From Tubulanus polymorphus (Eukaryota; Animalia; Nemertea): a stretch of 64,000 nucleotides of DNA. The notes under the pieces were generated by a model, which was not told the DNA's origin, made no database searches, and worked only from the letters and a program-made list of their open reading frames with translations. Positions 37,467 through 49,115 of the stretch are shown one piece after another. How positions within the stretch are numbered: position 1 is the first letter of the stretch; every line of letters begins with the position of its first letter. Both the position numbers and the translations under genes were made by a program. The stretch is taken from NCBI RefSeq assembly GCF_964204645.1, contig NC_134030.1:21040210-21104209 (forward strand), written 5' to 3'.

Positions 37467-40400
37467 ATGGCGGCCTCTACAGCTGATAAACAACAATCAG
37501 GCCCAGTCGGCGCCGGTAATAATGAAGAATGGATGGTTAATCGAGCTCGACACAGTCTCAGAACTGATCCGTGCGCCGCTAAATCATGGCTGTTAACCGC
37601 TCGAACGATGTTCCCCGGTAACTTCCAAATACAGGTACGTTTCTTTAAAAAAGCCGTTCGAAAACTAGGGCAGGCCCTCCCCCTGTCCCCCCAGCGCACA
37701 GCAAGCTTATCTCTTATCAGCTTATCGTTCGCGGCTCAGTTAATTTCATCATAATATACCGAAATCGATAATCGTCACCTGTTCTCTCCCTCCTCTCTCT
37801 GATCGGTTTTCGCCCACCTCCCCCCCACCCCTGTTTTAGTCTGGCACCCGTCTCCTCTCCCCTTGTTTTCTCTCTCCGTCGCTGTCGGTACTTAGGAGGA
37901 ACCTCTCACTCTCCTCCCTCAACCCGCCAACGAAATTGGCCCGCCATTTATACCCGTAGTCATTATCAGTCATATCGAACCAGGATCGGCATTTTAAAGT
38001 TAGATTTCATCGTTAGATAGCCTAGGCCTAATTAGTTTTATTTTTTGTTTTTATTTTTCCAGTTCGAAGCTTATACGATCGAGAAAAACGAGAAGAATCT
38101 TCGAGAGGCGGCGAAATTACTGCAAGAAATGTACGTTTCATTCGTAACATGAATTTCACAGTTTCGTTTTGCGTTTGATGAAAAATTCTCATCGTACTTT
38201 CACGTTTTTTCAGGTTTGCTAATTTCGCCAATGAGCCGCAATTGTGGACAGAAATAAAGGCTATCACCGACGCTTTGGCGGCTGAGGTGCTGGATTCCAA
38301 AACACAATTCATGATTGGTAAAGATTAAACCAGATACTGATCGTCCACACTTCACATGTGTTCATTGCGTCACCTGAGACATTTTTAATTGAAAATTAAC
38401 TACAGATATTAGACATTTTATCAGCACACTTTCAAAAACTGATCGTCCACACTTCACATGTGTTCAGTGCTTCACCTGAGACATTTCTAATTCAAAATGA
38501 ACTACAAACACCAGATATTAGACATTTTATCAGCACACTTTCAAAAACTGATCGTCCACACTTCACATGTGTTCAGGACTTCACCTGGGACATTTCTAAT
38601 TCAAAATGAACTACAAACACCAGATATTAGACATTTTATCAGCACACTTTCAAAAACTGATCGTCCACACTTCACATGTGTTCAGTGCTTCACCTGAGAC
38701 ATTTCTAATTCAAAATGAACTACAAACACCAGATATTAGACATTTTATCAGCACACTTTCAAAAACTGATCGTCCACACTTCACATGTGTTCAGGACTTC
38801 ACCTGGGACATTTCTAATTCAAAATGAACTACAAACACCAGATATTAGACATTTTATCAGCACACTTTCAAAAACTGATCGTCCACACTTCACATGTGTT
38901 CAGTGCTTCACCTGAAACATTTTTAATTGAAAATGAACTACAAACACCAGATATTAGACATTTTATCAGCACACTTTCAAAAACAGATCGTCCACACTTC
39001 ACATGTGTTCAGTGCTTCACCTGAGACTTTTGTAATTGGGAATGAACTACAAACACCAGATATTAGACATTTTATCAGCACACTTTCAGAAACTGATCGT
39101 CCACACTTCACATGTGTTCAGTGCTTCACCTGAGACATTTCTAATTGAAAATGAACTACAAATACCAGACATTAGACATTTTATCAGCACACTTTCAAAA
39201 ACTGATCGTCCACACTTCACATGTTTTCCAGATTTGGTATCCCTGATTCCGCCCGAGGTTCAGTGTCACATGTTATTCAAGATGGCCGACGAGACGCACG
39301 ATATAATCGAACAATGTCGCCTGAAACTGTTGGCTCTCGCTCGATTTCCACATTTACTCTCGTTACACGGGGTAAGTAGAATCCTCCAGGTGTCGCTAGT
39401 GTACGGTAGGACATCAACTACTGCGACAATAGAGTATTCTACTAGTGGCAAGTGAGGATCTATCAGGTGTCGCTAGTGTGCAGTAGGACATCAACTACTG
39501 CGGCAATAGAGGATTACGCTTTTGGCAAGTGAGGATCCACCAGGTGTCGCTAGTGTGCAGTAGGACATCAGCTACGGCTGCAATAGAGGATTCTACTAGT
39601 GGCAAGTGTGGATCCACCAGGTGTCGCTAGTAGTTACTCTTCAATTTAAATTAAAATCAAATTTTCTTCTCTGAGTAAATCAATTATCACTGAAGACTAT
39701 ACCAGTACACTGACAGTAGATAAGTGTGAGTGTTTTTCGAGGCCTGTTCGACGATCAGATTTGGATTCGCAATTTTAAAAATTCTGACCTAAAAATCGAA
39801 AATTGAAAATGAACTGATGAACTGAACAACACCGCCTGGTAGCATGATGCGGTACTAACATTAATGTTTTTTCTATTTTCAGACTGAACTCGTCGACACT
39901 TTGATTTCAACGGAGAAACATTCGCACCAACAAACCCCTCTCAACAGCTACCGGAAATACCTCGGTGAATACAGCTTATTTTAACTTGTCTTCAGAATTT
40001 CAGATATTTTTAACCCATCTAGTGCGTTTACCATACTATGCGAAGTTTACCCGCTCTATGTAATATTGCACCTACACCGCAGTGCGGTGTATCCATCTAA
40101 TTATGAATTAGTCAAAATCCCTATTGAAAGGAGGCAAAACCTATCACATTATAGATATTAGCGCCTAATGATACACTGCACTGCAGGGTTGCACAATATA
40201 GCAGTATATCCATTACACACCGCACTGCAGGGTAGACACAATATAGCAGTATGCCTCATACACCGCACTGCGAAGACACAATACAGCAGTATATCCATTA
40301 TACACCGCACTGCAGGGTGGACAATATAGCGCTATGCCTGTTACACACTGCACTGAAGTGAAATTTACAAAAAAAATCTCCAGAAGCTATGGGGTATTAA

Positions 40401-43400
40401 ACAGTCGACAATAACAGGTTGAACAAATTCTAAATTGTGTTCTTGCAGTTTGTGATGTGTTGCCGCTGTTGTTGAAATCGGCGAATTTGAATCTCGGTCA
40501 CAAAACGCTGTATCGCTGGCTTCAGAAATCCATCGATTTCTACGTGTGCTACGCGACGCGACCGGCGCCACCTAGTGAGCTGAATGACAACACTTCAGGT
40601 TTGTATCTATTTCACCTAAAGTTAGAACCACTCAGTCTCAGGGTGCGGCTGCTTAACCTGCAAATCAGGGAAAGTCGGGGAATTTTCTTTTGTTGAAGAT
40701 AGTCGGGGAATTTTATTTTAAAAGGAAGCTCAGTCAGGATATTATATGAACTTTGAACTAAGGGACAAATGAAATTTTTATGGATATTTTCTAAAAACAA
40801 GGAAAAAAGAAAATGTTGGGTTTCTTTTTTTTCGAGGAGTATATGTTGAGATTGCTAGATCACTTGAAAAACAGTTTCTGTCTTTGTCTTACACGTATTT
40901 GACTGTTAATTGCTTGAATTCTTAGCAGACCACATCAGGGAAAACAACATGCCAGGGAAAAGTCAGGAAAAAAGTCCATTAGTGGCTAAAACTGTTTTAG
41001 AAAAGTAATTCTGAAATTCCCTGATTTTCCCCTTTATTCCCTGATCTGTACGAACCCTGCAAATGCTTTACCAATGTTTATTTTGTAGATGTGTTTGCTG
41101 GACGGCGCGGTTCAGTGATACAGGGTCTCACCGAGAAAGAAAGCTACATCTCGAACCCGTGGAACAGTTTATACGAAACGATGCATTTAATAGGATTACA
41201 CATGGGCTGGCAGAATACGAACCTGCTCGTGAAAAACAGGTACGCGAAAATTACCCCCCTCAGAAAATTTGCTGTCTGTACCCTGCACCCAATCAGACAA
41301 TCTGCTGCCTGTACCATGCACCCCCTCAGACAATCTGCTGTCTGTACCCTGCACCCCCTCAGACAATCTGCTGTCTGTACCCTGCACCCCTTCAGACAAT
41401 CTGCTGTCTGTACCCTGCACCCCTTCAGACAATCTGCTGTCTGTACCCTGCACCCCTTCAGACAATCTGCTGTCTGTACCCTGCACCCCATCAGACAATC
41501 TGCTGTCTGTACCCTGCACCCCTTCAAACAATCTGCTGTCTGTACCCTGCACTCCCTCGGAAAATCTGCTGTCTGTACCCTGCACCCCTTCAGACAATCT
41601 GCTGTCTGTACCCTGCACCCCATCAGACAATCTGCTGCCTGTACCCTGCACCCCTTCAGACAATCTGCTGTCTGGACCCTGCACCCCTTCAGACAATCTG
41701 CTGTCTGTACCCTGCACTCCCTCAGACAATCTGCTGTCTGTACCCTGCACCCCTTCAGACAATCTGCTGTCTGTACCCTGCACCCCATCAGACAATCTGC
41801 TGTCTGTACCCTGCACCCCATCAGACAATCTGCTGTTCTGCACCCCTTCCGATAATCTGCTGTCTAAACCCTGCCTGTCACTCCCCCTAAAACTGCTGTC
41901 TGTACCCCTGTTGGCATCCCCACTGTGATTACTGGGTCCTAAATCACCGGTATCCCTTGCATTCTAGCCCCTGTTTCATTGAAATAACTGACTGTTTGTT
42001 TGTTGATTTCTATTTACAGTGTTGAGTCTCGATGGCAGCTGGCGTTTCAACTTTACCGCGACATGAAGCAGAAAACCGGCGCGGCGTCCGTCACCGCGAA
42101 ACAGGTTCTATTCTCGTGTATGGTTCTGCTGTTCGAGTGTTTATATCAATATTGCAGTATGAGTTATCCGGATCAGTTCGCCAGTGAGTTCAATCGCTTT
42201 TATTCGCAAACATTTCAATAGCTTTCTTGTAATCCCGTCTGAGATTTCTATTTGATTCATATCTACGTTAGACCTGACTACCTAATACTATTTGAGAGTA
42301 GTTACTGCTACTCTTTCGAGAGCTTTATTACTGTAAAAAATATCAGAATATTCTCAAAATAACATTTTTATTCAACCTTTTATTATAATCGCTTATATTC
42401 GCAAGAATGTTTTCTAAGCTATAACTACTCTTCATCACTATTTTCGATGTCGATGTATTTCAGATAATGCCGCCCCCGGCAGCCCATCACTGGTTCTAAT
42501 TGAAGCAATGAAGGCCAACATTGATGAACGAACAATTGAGTAAGTGATGATCTTACGGGCTAACATAGATCTGCTTTAGAAATGGGCCCCATCCGCTGTG
42601 GGCCGAATCCCCGAACTAAGGGTCTGTGTACTGTTGGACACGTAGAACATCCATGGAATATTTGGTGTTGATCTAATAAAAACTCGTAGAGTAGCTGTGA
42701 TAACTGGGTTTAGAATAAATAACTAGATGAGTAGTGCTATATAGGTTAACTATTTATTTGACGTATGAGCTTTGGCTACTAATGAATGGAAGCTTCTATA
42801 CATTAGGAGCGAAAGCTCGCGCGTCAAATAAATAGTTAACCAATATAGCACTACTCATCTAGATATTAAGATATCATCTAGAATATGGGCCCTATCCATT
42901 GTGGAACGAATCCCTGAACTAAGGGTCCGTGTACTGTTGGAGTGATAGAACATACGTGGAATATTTGGTGATGATCTGATAAAAACTGTACGATTAGTTG
43001 CGATTCATAGTGCAACTGGCCCCATGAGCTTAAGAGAGTTTGTTATTTTATTATCGTTTATTTTTCATGAATTACGCAATCTACGTTCCAGACCGCGGCC
43101 GAAGAAACTGCGAACCGAGTCGCAGTCGGTTCCGAGAGTTCACGTTTCGAAGTCGATCGTAAAAGGCGACGAGGTCGTGTTGTATTTACAAACGGCGTTG
43201 AAATGTTGGGACCTGCTTCACACGGAGGAACTCGAAAAAGGTGCGAAACGATCGCTTGAAACCAGTCATTACCGAAATCTTTTCTTCCGACGCTTATACG
43301 ATTACTCAAATTAATTAACCAGGGTCGCTATGACTCCTGATTTCCTTAACCCTTTCAGTGCTGACTAATTAATACCCTATAGTGCTGGAGAAAATTTGAA

Positions 43401-46400
43401 AATTCTAAAAAATTCCACCCTAGTGTGTTGAACAATGGGAATACCACTATAGTGCGTCTACATCGCAGTGCGGTGTATCGTTAGTTACTAGTATTTCACT
43501 ATGTTTGACACTTGCTGCCATTTTTCAATAGAGATAATTACAAATTACTAATTACATTAATACACCGCAGTGCGGTGTACTAGCAAAATCCATCACTGAT
43601 TTATACACCGCACTGCGGTGTAGACGCACTGAAAGGGTTAAAAATTCCTTCAAAACGAATAATTCTTTTACATGTGCTTAACCCTTTCAGTGCGTCTACA
43701 CCGCCTTTTAATCCGACTGATTCGAATTTTTTTCTCTTAAGATTTTAACAGTTTGTTACATCACTGGCGCTCGGACGGCTGGACGTGGTTTAAATCGTTT
43801 GATGTTGATCGACTGATCTATCAGGGCAAATTTCTCGAAGCAGTCGTCAGGATACAAGCGCTGCCCGCAACGCAAAAAACATCCACCCAGGTAAATTACC
43901 GCGTGGATCCACTTGTCGTTTATTCTGAACCTGCTAATACAACGTGGAAGAACCCAGTTCCACAGTTGTGGAATAAGATCCAAGTTCGCCAGTTGTAAAT
44001 TCAAAATCCAGTTTCACGGTTGTGGATTCCAAACCCCAGCTCCAGAGTTTTTGTTTCAGAACCAAGTTCCACAGTTGTTGATTCAGAACCCAGTTCCCCA
44101 GTTGTAGATTCAGGACCCAGCTCCACAGTTGTAGATTCGGGGCTCAGTTCCGTTATTGATTCAGAACTCGATTCCACAGTTGTGGATTCAGCCCCAGTTC
44201 CACAGTTGCAAATCCAAGATCCAATTCCACAGTTGTGCATATAGAACACAGTTCCTTCAGTCTTGCTTGTGAGGTTCGTCGTCATGACTCTTCAATATTT
44301 AGAAACTAACCGATTCAAAAGAATTAAATCTAACACAGCTCCAGAACTGAACCGATACGGGATATGTGGAACTGGGTCCTGCTAGCAGGCTGTATTTAAA
44401 CGAGGTTGAATTTTCAAGTCTTTAATCTAATGAGTTTGAATAATTGTAGATATGTCGCAGTATACAGTTAGCTTGCTGCCACTGCTGTCTGGGCAACCGC
44501 GGGGTGAGTTTCAAAATGTTTCCTCAAGTTTTCCACGAAAAATTGCAAGTTTAACCCTTTCAGTGCGTCTACACCGCAGTGCGGTGTATGAATCGGTGAT
44601 AGATTTTGCTAGTTCACCGCACTGCGGTGTATTGATTTGTAATTACTAATTATCTCTATTGAAAAATGGCAGCACCTGTCAAACATGGTGAAATATTAGT
44701 AACTAACGATATAAATGAAGAAATCCCACACTTCGAATTTGAAATTATACTATCAAATTTATTATTACGTAACCACAACGTTTCTGCTGTTGACTAACAT
44801 TCATTCCACCTGATGACGGCTGTTAGTCAACAGCCGAAACGTTGTGGTTTCGTAATAATAAATTTGATAGTATAATTTCAAATTCGAAGTGTGGGTTTTC
44901 TTCATTTATCTACAGTTTACTCGGATTATAGTGTTTATTCGACAACTAACTAACGATATACCGCGCCAGGGTGTAGATGCTCTTTAGTGCTATTCCCATT
45001 ATTCAACACACAAGGGTGGAATTTTTCAGAATTTTCAAATTATCTTCAGCACTATAGGGTATTGATTAGCCAGCACTGAAAGGGTTAAAGGTGGTTTAGT
45101 TTGAATTGTTGTCCTCATCGAAAACATTAAGTAAACAGGGGCAACTAAACCATGAATTGAGTTTAACCCTTCCAGTGCGGTGTATAAATCCACAATGGAC
45201 TTAGCTAGTACACTGCATCACGGTGTAGTGATGTAATTAGTAATACATTTCTATCACTATTCAAAGATGTTAACGTCTGTCAGACAGTGAACGATGCACT
45301 GCACCGCGGTGTAGACATACTACAGCGGTATTCCCATTAATAGAACCCACTGGGGTGGAATTTTTAAAACTTTCAAATTAGCTCCGGCATATTTGGGTAT
45401 TAATTAGTCGGTAATGAAAGGGTAAACTTTTTCTTGAAATCGTACCCAGGCTTCAATTTCCTTTTAACAATTAAGTTTTTGTAAAATGTGATTATTTTCT
45501 AGCACGCATGCGATGTCCTGTTGAATCTGGTCTCCTCGTTGCCGACTCGAGAATCCGCGCCGATTCAAACGCAGTTCGCACAAGGCGTGGGGCGCCACCT
45601 GTGGCTACTGCCGTGCATCGATGTCGAGATTCTACCGTATTGTATCGAAATGTTAGTTTCATCGCTGAAAGTGAGTTTCAATTGAAAATTATTTCTCAAT
45701 TTTTCTAGCTTCTGTCATCGATCACCTTATGACATCATCAAAATACTTACCATTGATATGATCTATAGACACTTTTATGAAACATGGCTCCCTCCATAAA
45801 TCCCCCTATGACATCACCACATTATCCACTAGTGTTTTGATCTACTGGCTCTTGTAGATTAAGACATCTGCCTCCATAAATCCCCCTATGATGTCACCGA
45901 ATTTTCGACTAGTGATTTGATCTAAATGTACTTCTAGAAAAGATGCCATCATTAGTTCTCCCTATGACATCATCAAATTGCGTACCATTTTATCTATAGA
46001 CACTTCTAGAAAAGATGACCACCTTCATAAATCCCAAAATGACATCATCAAATATCTACTGATAAGACTGGATAGGTGTATAAGAGTTATTGAATTTGAT
46101 GATGTGATAGGGGGATTTATGGAGGCAAAAGTATTTTCTTTGTGTCTATATTAAATTTAAATTCGTATGATTTGAAATTTGGCAATGGATTTTGTTTTTT
46201 TCACAGGAAAAGGCGTTCTCCAATAAAGAGTACAATGACATGTGTTTGGGTCACATGCTAGTTTTACTGCAATACGATTGGCCGAAGCAGCAGACGTTAT
46301 TCGACCAGGCGATGACTAGAATCCGGTCCCGAGGGTCGTTCACTTACAACATATTCTTCAACTACATCATCAGTATCCATTTTCAATGTTGAAATCATCT

Positions 46401-47487
46401 TTTCAGTGTAAAGTTTAAGAGCAGCTTTTCTAGGTAGAAACAAATCGAATTTGTCAATTTTCAGTCAAAATTAGTTGATTTTTGAGCAATATGGTGAAAT
46501 TTTTGTCAAAATGGTTCAAATTTTGAGCAAAATTGTGAAATTTTTCATAAAAGATGAATTTCTAAAGTTTTTTTTTCTGGTTCCACTGGGCATACTGATT
46601 TCCCAGTTATTTTCTTCGTAACCATCTATTTGTTCAGATATTGATATTTTGGAGGAATTCGCTTACGTGAAAACTAAAGAGGGCGGAAAAGTGACATTAG
46701 ACATTCTACCGATCAGTACTAAGAGTATAGCACAGTAAGTTTCAATGGGAATTCGGGGGTTCAGAGCGCTCCACTCCTGACAATTGATAGTTTGAATCCC
46801 GACAGTGACAGGTTTCTTTCTGTAGTTCTTCTCTGCACTCTCCATGAAAGTGACAGATATTCCACTCTGAGCTCTCCACCCCCGATAATTGATAGTTCAA
46901 ACCCCGAGTTCTCCAACCCCAAGATAGTCTGAACGCGGAAAGTGAGTTTCTGTAGTTCTTCTCCGAGCTCTCCACCCTGACAAAATGATAGTTTGAATCT
47001 TTTCACAGTGACATTTTTTTCTGCTGTTTTAAGTTTCCTGACAGTGACAGAATTTCTGTGTTTTCTTTTCGTGGTTTTTCTTTAAACTTTGATCGGATAA
47101 CTTGAATTATGACAGTGACAGAGTTCCATGGTTCCTGTCTCCCTCCCTCCCTCTCCCTCCCTCCCTCTCTCCCTCCCTCTCTCTCTCCCTCCCTCTCTCC
47201 CTCCCTCCCTCTCTCCCTCCCTCCCTCTATCTCTCCCTCTCTATCTCTCCCCTCCCTCCCTATCTCTCTCCCTCCCTCCCTCCTATCTCTTATCTCTCTC
47301 TATCTGAATTTCTGTTTTCTCTTACAGACAAAGAACGATGACACGAGGTGTAAATAAAGGCGTGCAAGAAGATTTCCACGCGTCGTTGATGAAACAAGTG
47401 ACTCGTAGTGACGAGAACGTCGAATCTCTCATCCGGCAATTCTTGTCGGAAGAACGTGAAATACTTAAACAGAATCTGACCTCGTGA
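37467..47487 (+). CDS. INTS10: Integrator complex subunit 10, ~681 aa, 16 exons: 37467-37634, 38063-38130, 38214-38317, 39232-39371, 39883-39964, 40449-40598, 41089-41239, 42020-42183, 42464-42539, 43092-43240, 43742-43890, 44450-44503, 45503-45670, 46207-46372, 46638-46734, 47328-47487
   Basis: N-terminus [66 protein letters not shown] and C-terminus TRGVNKGVQEDF match INTS10 as recalled. Splice phases are consistent; 2046-nt CDS; AATAAA at 47895. Confidence 0.93.
38335..39228 (+). repeat. 109-bp satellite, ~8 copies, filling INTS10 intron 3
   Basis: Unit starts are spaced exactly 109 bp (38497, 38606, 38715, 38824). Confidence 0.95.
39372..39632 (+). repeat. 77-bp repeat family in INTS10 intron 4
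   Basis: ccaccaggtgtcgctag cores at ~39383, 39460, 39537 and 39614. Confidence 0.9.
41255..41905. repeat. 33-bp minisatellite (cagacaatctgctgtctgtaccctgcacccctt) in INTS10 intron 7
   Basis: About 19 copies; open in several frames because the unit length is a multiple of 3. Confidence 0.95.
42723..42862. mobile_element. Penelope-like inverted (palindromic) fragment
   Basis: Arms ctagatgagtagtgctatat.ggttaactatttatttgacg / cgtcaaataaatagttaacc.atatagcactactcatctag, with a residual aggagcgaaagctc hammerhead 3' half. Confidence 0.55.
43350..43637. mobile_element. piggyBac-like MITE
   Basis: ttaa|ccctttcagtgc...gcactgaaaggg|ttaa: TTAA TSD and CCCT termini. Confidence 0.85.
44714..44946 (+). mobile_element. 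Truncated Penelope-like element end with inverted 5' segment
   Basis: 14-bp TSD taactaacgatata (44700-44713 and 44947-44960), ~85-bp inverted arms and an internal hammerhead motif. Confidence 0.8.
44806..44847 (+). ncRNA. Minimal type I hammerhead ribozyme
   Basis: ccac-CTGATGA-c-ggctgtt(agtc)aacagcc-GAA-ACGT-T-gtgg: stem I ccac/gtgg, conserved core, stem II, and palindromic ACGT stem III. Confidence 0.75.
47140..47302. repeat. Polypyrimidine (ccct/ct)n low-complexity tract in the last INTS10 intron
   Basis: Direct observation. Confidence 0.9.
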
Positions 47488-48293
47488 TCTCAGCCGAACA
47501 TAAACTCGCTTCAACGGGTTTGTGATCGATACAGAACATCGGTTTTAAGTCGAATTCAGGATCCAGTCCCACAGATCCGGACCTGTTTCATCGGTGTGAG
47601 TTAAATTCGGAACCCGGTTCCAAAGTTATCATTTGCAGAGGGCGGATCTCGGACAATTTTTGAATAGATCCTAAAATATGCAAGTTCCAATGAGGATGAG
47701 TGCTCAATTGGCCAAGTTTAGCTATTTCTGTCGTGTCGAAAAGGACAACCAGACCAAGGACAGCCAAGGCAGACACCACCCTCTAAATCCACCCCTGATT
47801 AGCTGATTTGAACTCGCACTGAATTTATTAAATCTTCAGCTAATGTGTTGTTCAAACTGCGTTTTGTAAATACGTGTACAAACAAATAAGTGTAAATAAA
47901 TCAGTTAGAACTGAAAGGAAAAATTAAATATTCGTCTTGAACTCAGAAGATTCTTGTTAGTATTTGGGGGTTTCAGTGAGCTTTAAACTCACAACGATCA
48001 AAGAGCCATGAGCTAGAATGGTTGTGGTTACAAAGAATGCATATGGTAGGTACCGAGTTATATGTGGAAATGCGCCTTGCTTTTTCTCCAACGCCCCCTG
48101 GTGAACATACAGAATGACCCTAAATCGCCCCACAATCATAGAACATGTCATGAGCTAAAACTTTGCGATTGATTGCGGTTGCTAGGTGTGCATACTATGT
48201 AATTTCCCTTTTCAATGCCACCTGGTGAACATAGAGACCTTGAAGGCGCCATAAAATCATAAAACATTTCGTGAACTGTAAAATGGATGATAA

Positions 48294-48449
48294 GGGATCA
48301 TTCATTAATTACGTACGCATAAAATTTGAATTTTTCAACCCCTCTGTGCGCAAAATCGGCCATTTTTTCATATACATTAAGCATTACAGTACGCAATTGC
48401 GCTGACCCCTCCCCCTCCCCTAATGCGTACGTAATAAATGAATGACCCC
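48294..48449. mobile_element. Harbinger-like MITE (second copy at 50511-50679)
   Basis: TIR gggatcattcattaattacgtacgca / tgcgtacgtaataaatgaatgacccc; 3-bp TSD taa (caa for the second copy). Confidence 0.8.
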
Positions 48450-48700
48450 TAAGTGAACGCAATAGCCCGCTGGGGCTATAATTGCCCGAGCGGGCTACAA
48501 GACAGGATGTCATATTTCATGTGTAGAAAGATAAAGTATATTTTGTGCGCATAAAAGTCTTAAACGGTTTTACAAAAACATTCGTAAATAGATATATATA
48601 TATATATATATATATTAAAATGATTTAACAATATAAATTCAAATCCTTGCATCTCACAGAATACTGTTTCAATTATCAAATAAAATATAACTTGTGCAAA

Positions 48701-49076
48701 CAGGGTCCCTACAACTCCTTGATACCTTAAAAGCCCTTAAACGGGAATTGCTTTTGAAGGTGCTCGAAACTCCTTTTAACTCGAGAAAAATGTCAGAAAC
48801 TCTTAACTACTTCAATTTTTGAGAGATAGTCGATTAGATGTTTCAGAAATTGTACGGTAAACTATGTCTAAATCAGTACAGTTGGGAGCAGGATCTTTTG
48901 TACCCAATTAGGTAGTTACCAAATCAGAAAGCTAGTTTGTTTCAAAGATAAATAATTGCTAATTAAACCACCTTGAAGGAATCAATTGCCAATAGAAGGA
49001 ATCGAATCTACTCAAATTGGGATGCAGACGCTTACTCCTTATATCTAGACCTTTGACCGATCGGTAGGGACCCTGA
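48701..49076. mobile_element. MITE with CAGGGTCCCTAC termini (family copies at ~51525-51809 and 62935-63305)
   Basis: cagggtccctac...gtagggaccctg TIRs; internal sequence shared with the other copies. Confidence 0.75.
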
Positions 49077-49115
49077 GCGAAAGGAATTATGTCATGTTTC
49101 GATTTAAAATAAATG

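Larger units (their letters stand above)
44555..45084. mobile_element. piggyBac-like MITE (same family, opposite orientation) with a nested Penelope-like insertion
   Basis: ttaa|ccctttcagtgc...gcactgaaaggg|ttaa. Further copies at ~45167-45422 and ~54900-55175. Confidence 0.85.

Noticed and set aside
38335-39228. CRISPR-like regular array and MNYKHQ peptide family
   Set aside because: Eukaryotic context; units are contiguous and near identical, with no unique spacers and no cas genes.
41063-41928. Cys-rich (QTICCLYPAPL)n ORFs resembling metallothionein or keratin-associated proteins
   Set aside because: 33-bp intronic minisatellite, open in five frames, lying after a good INTS10 donor at 41240.
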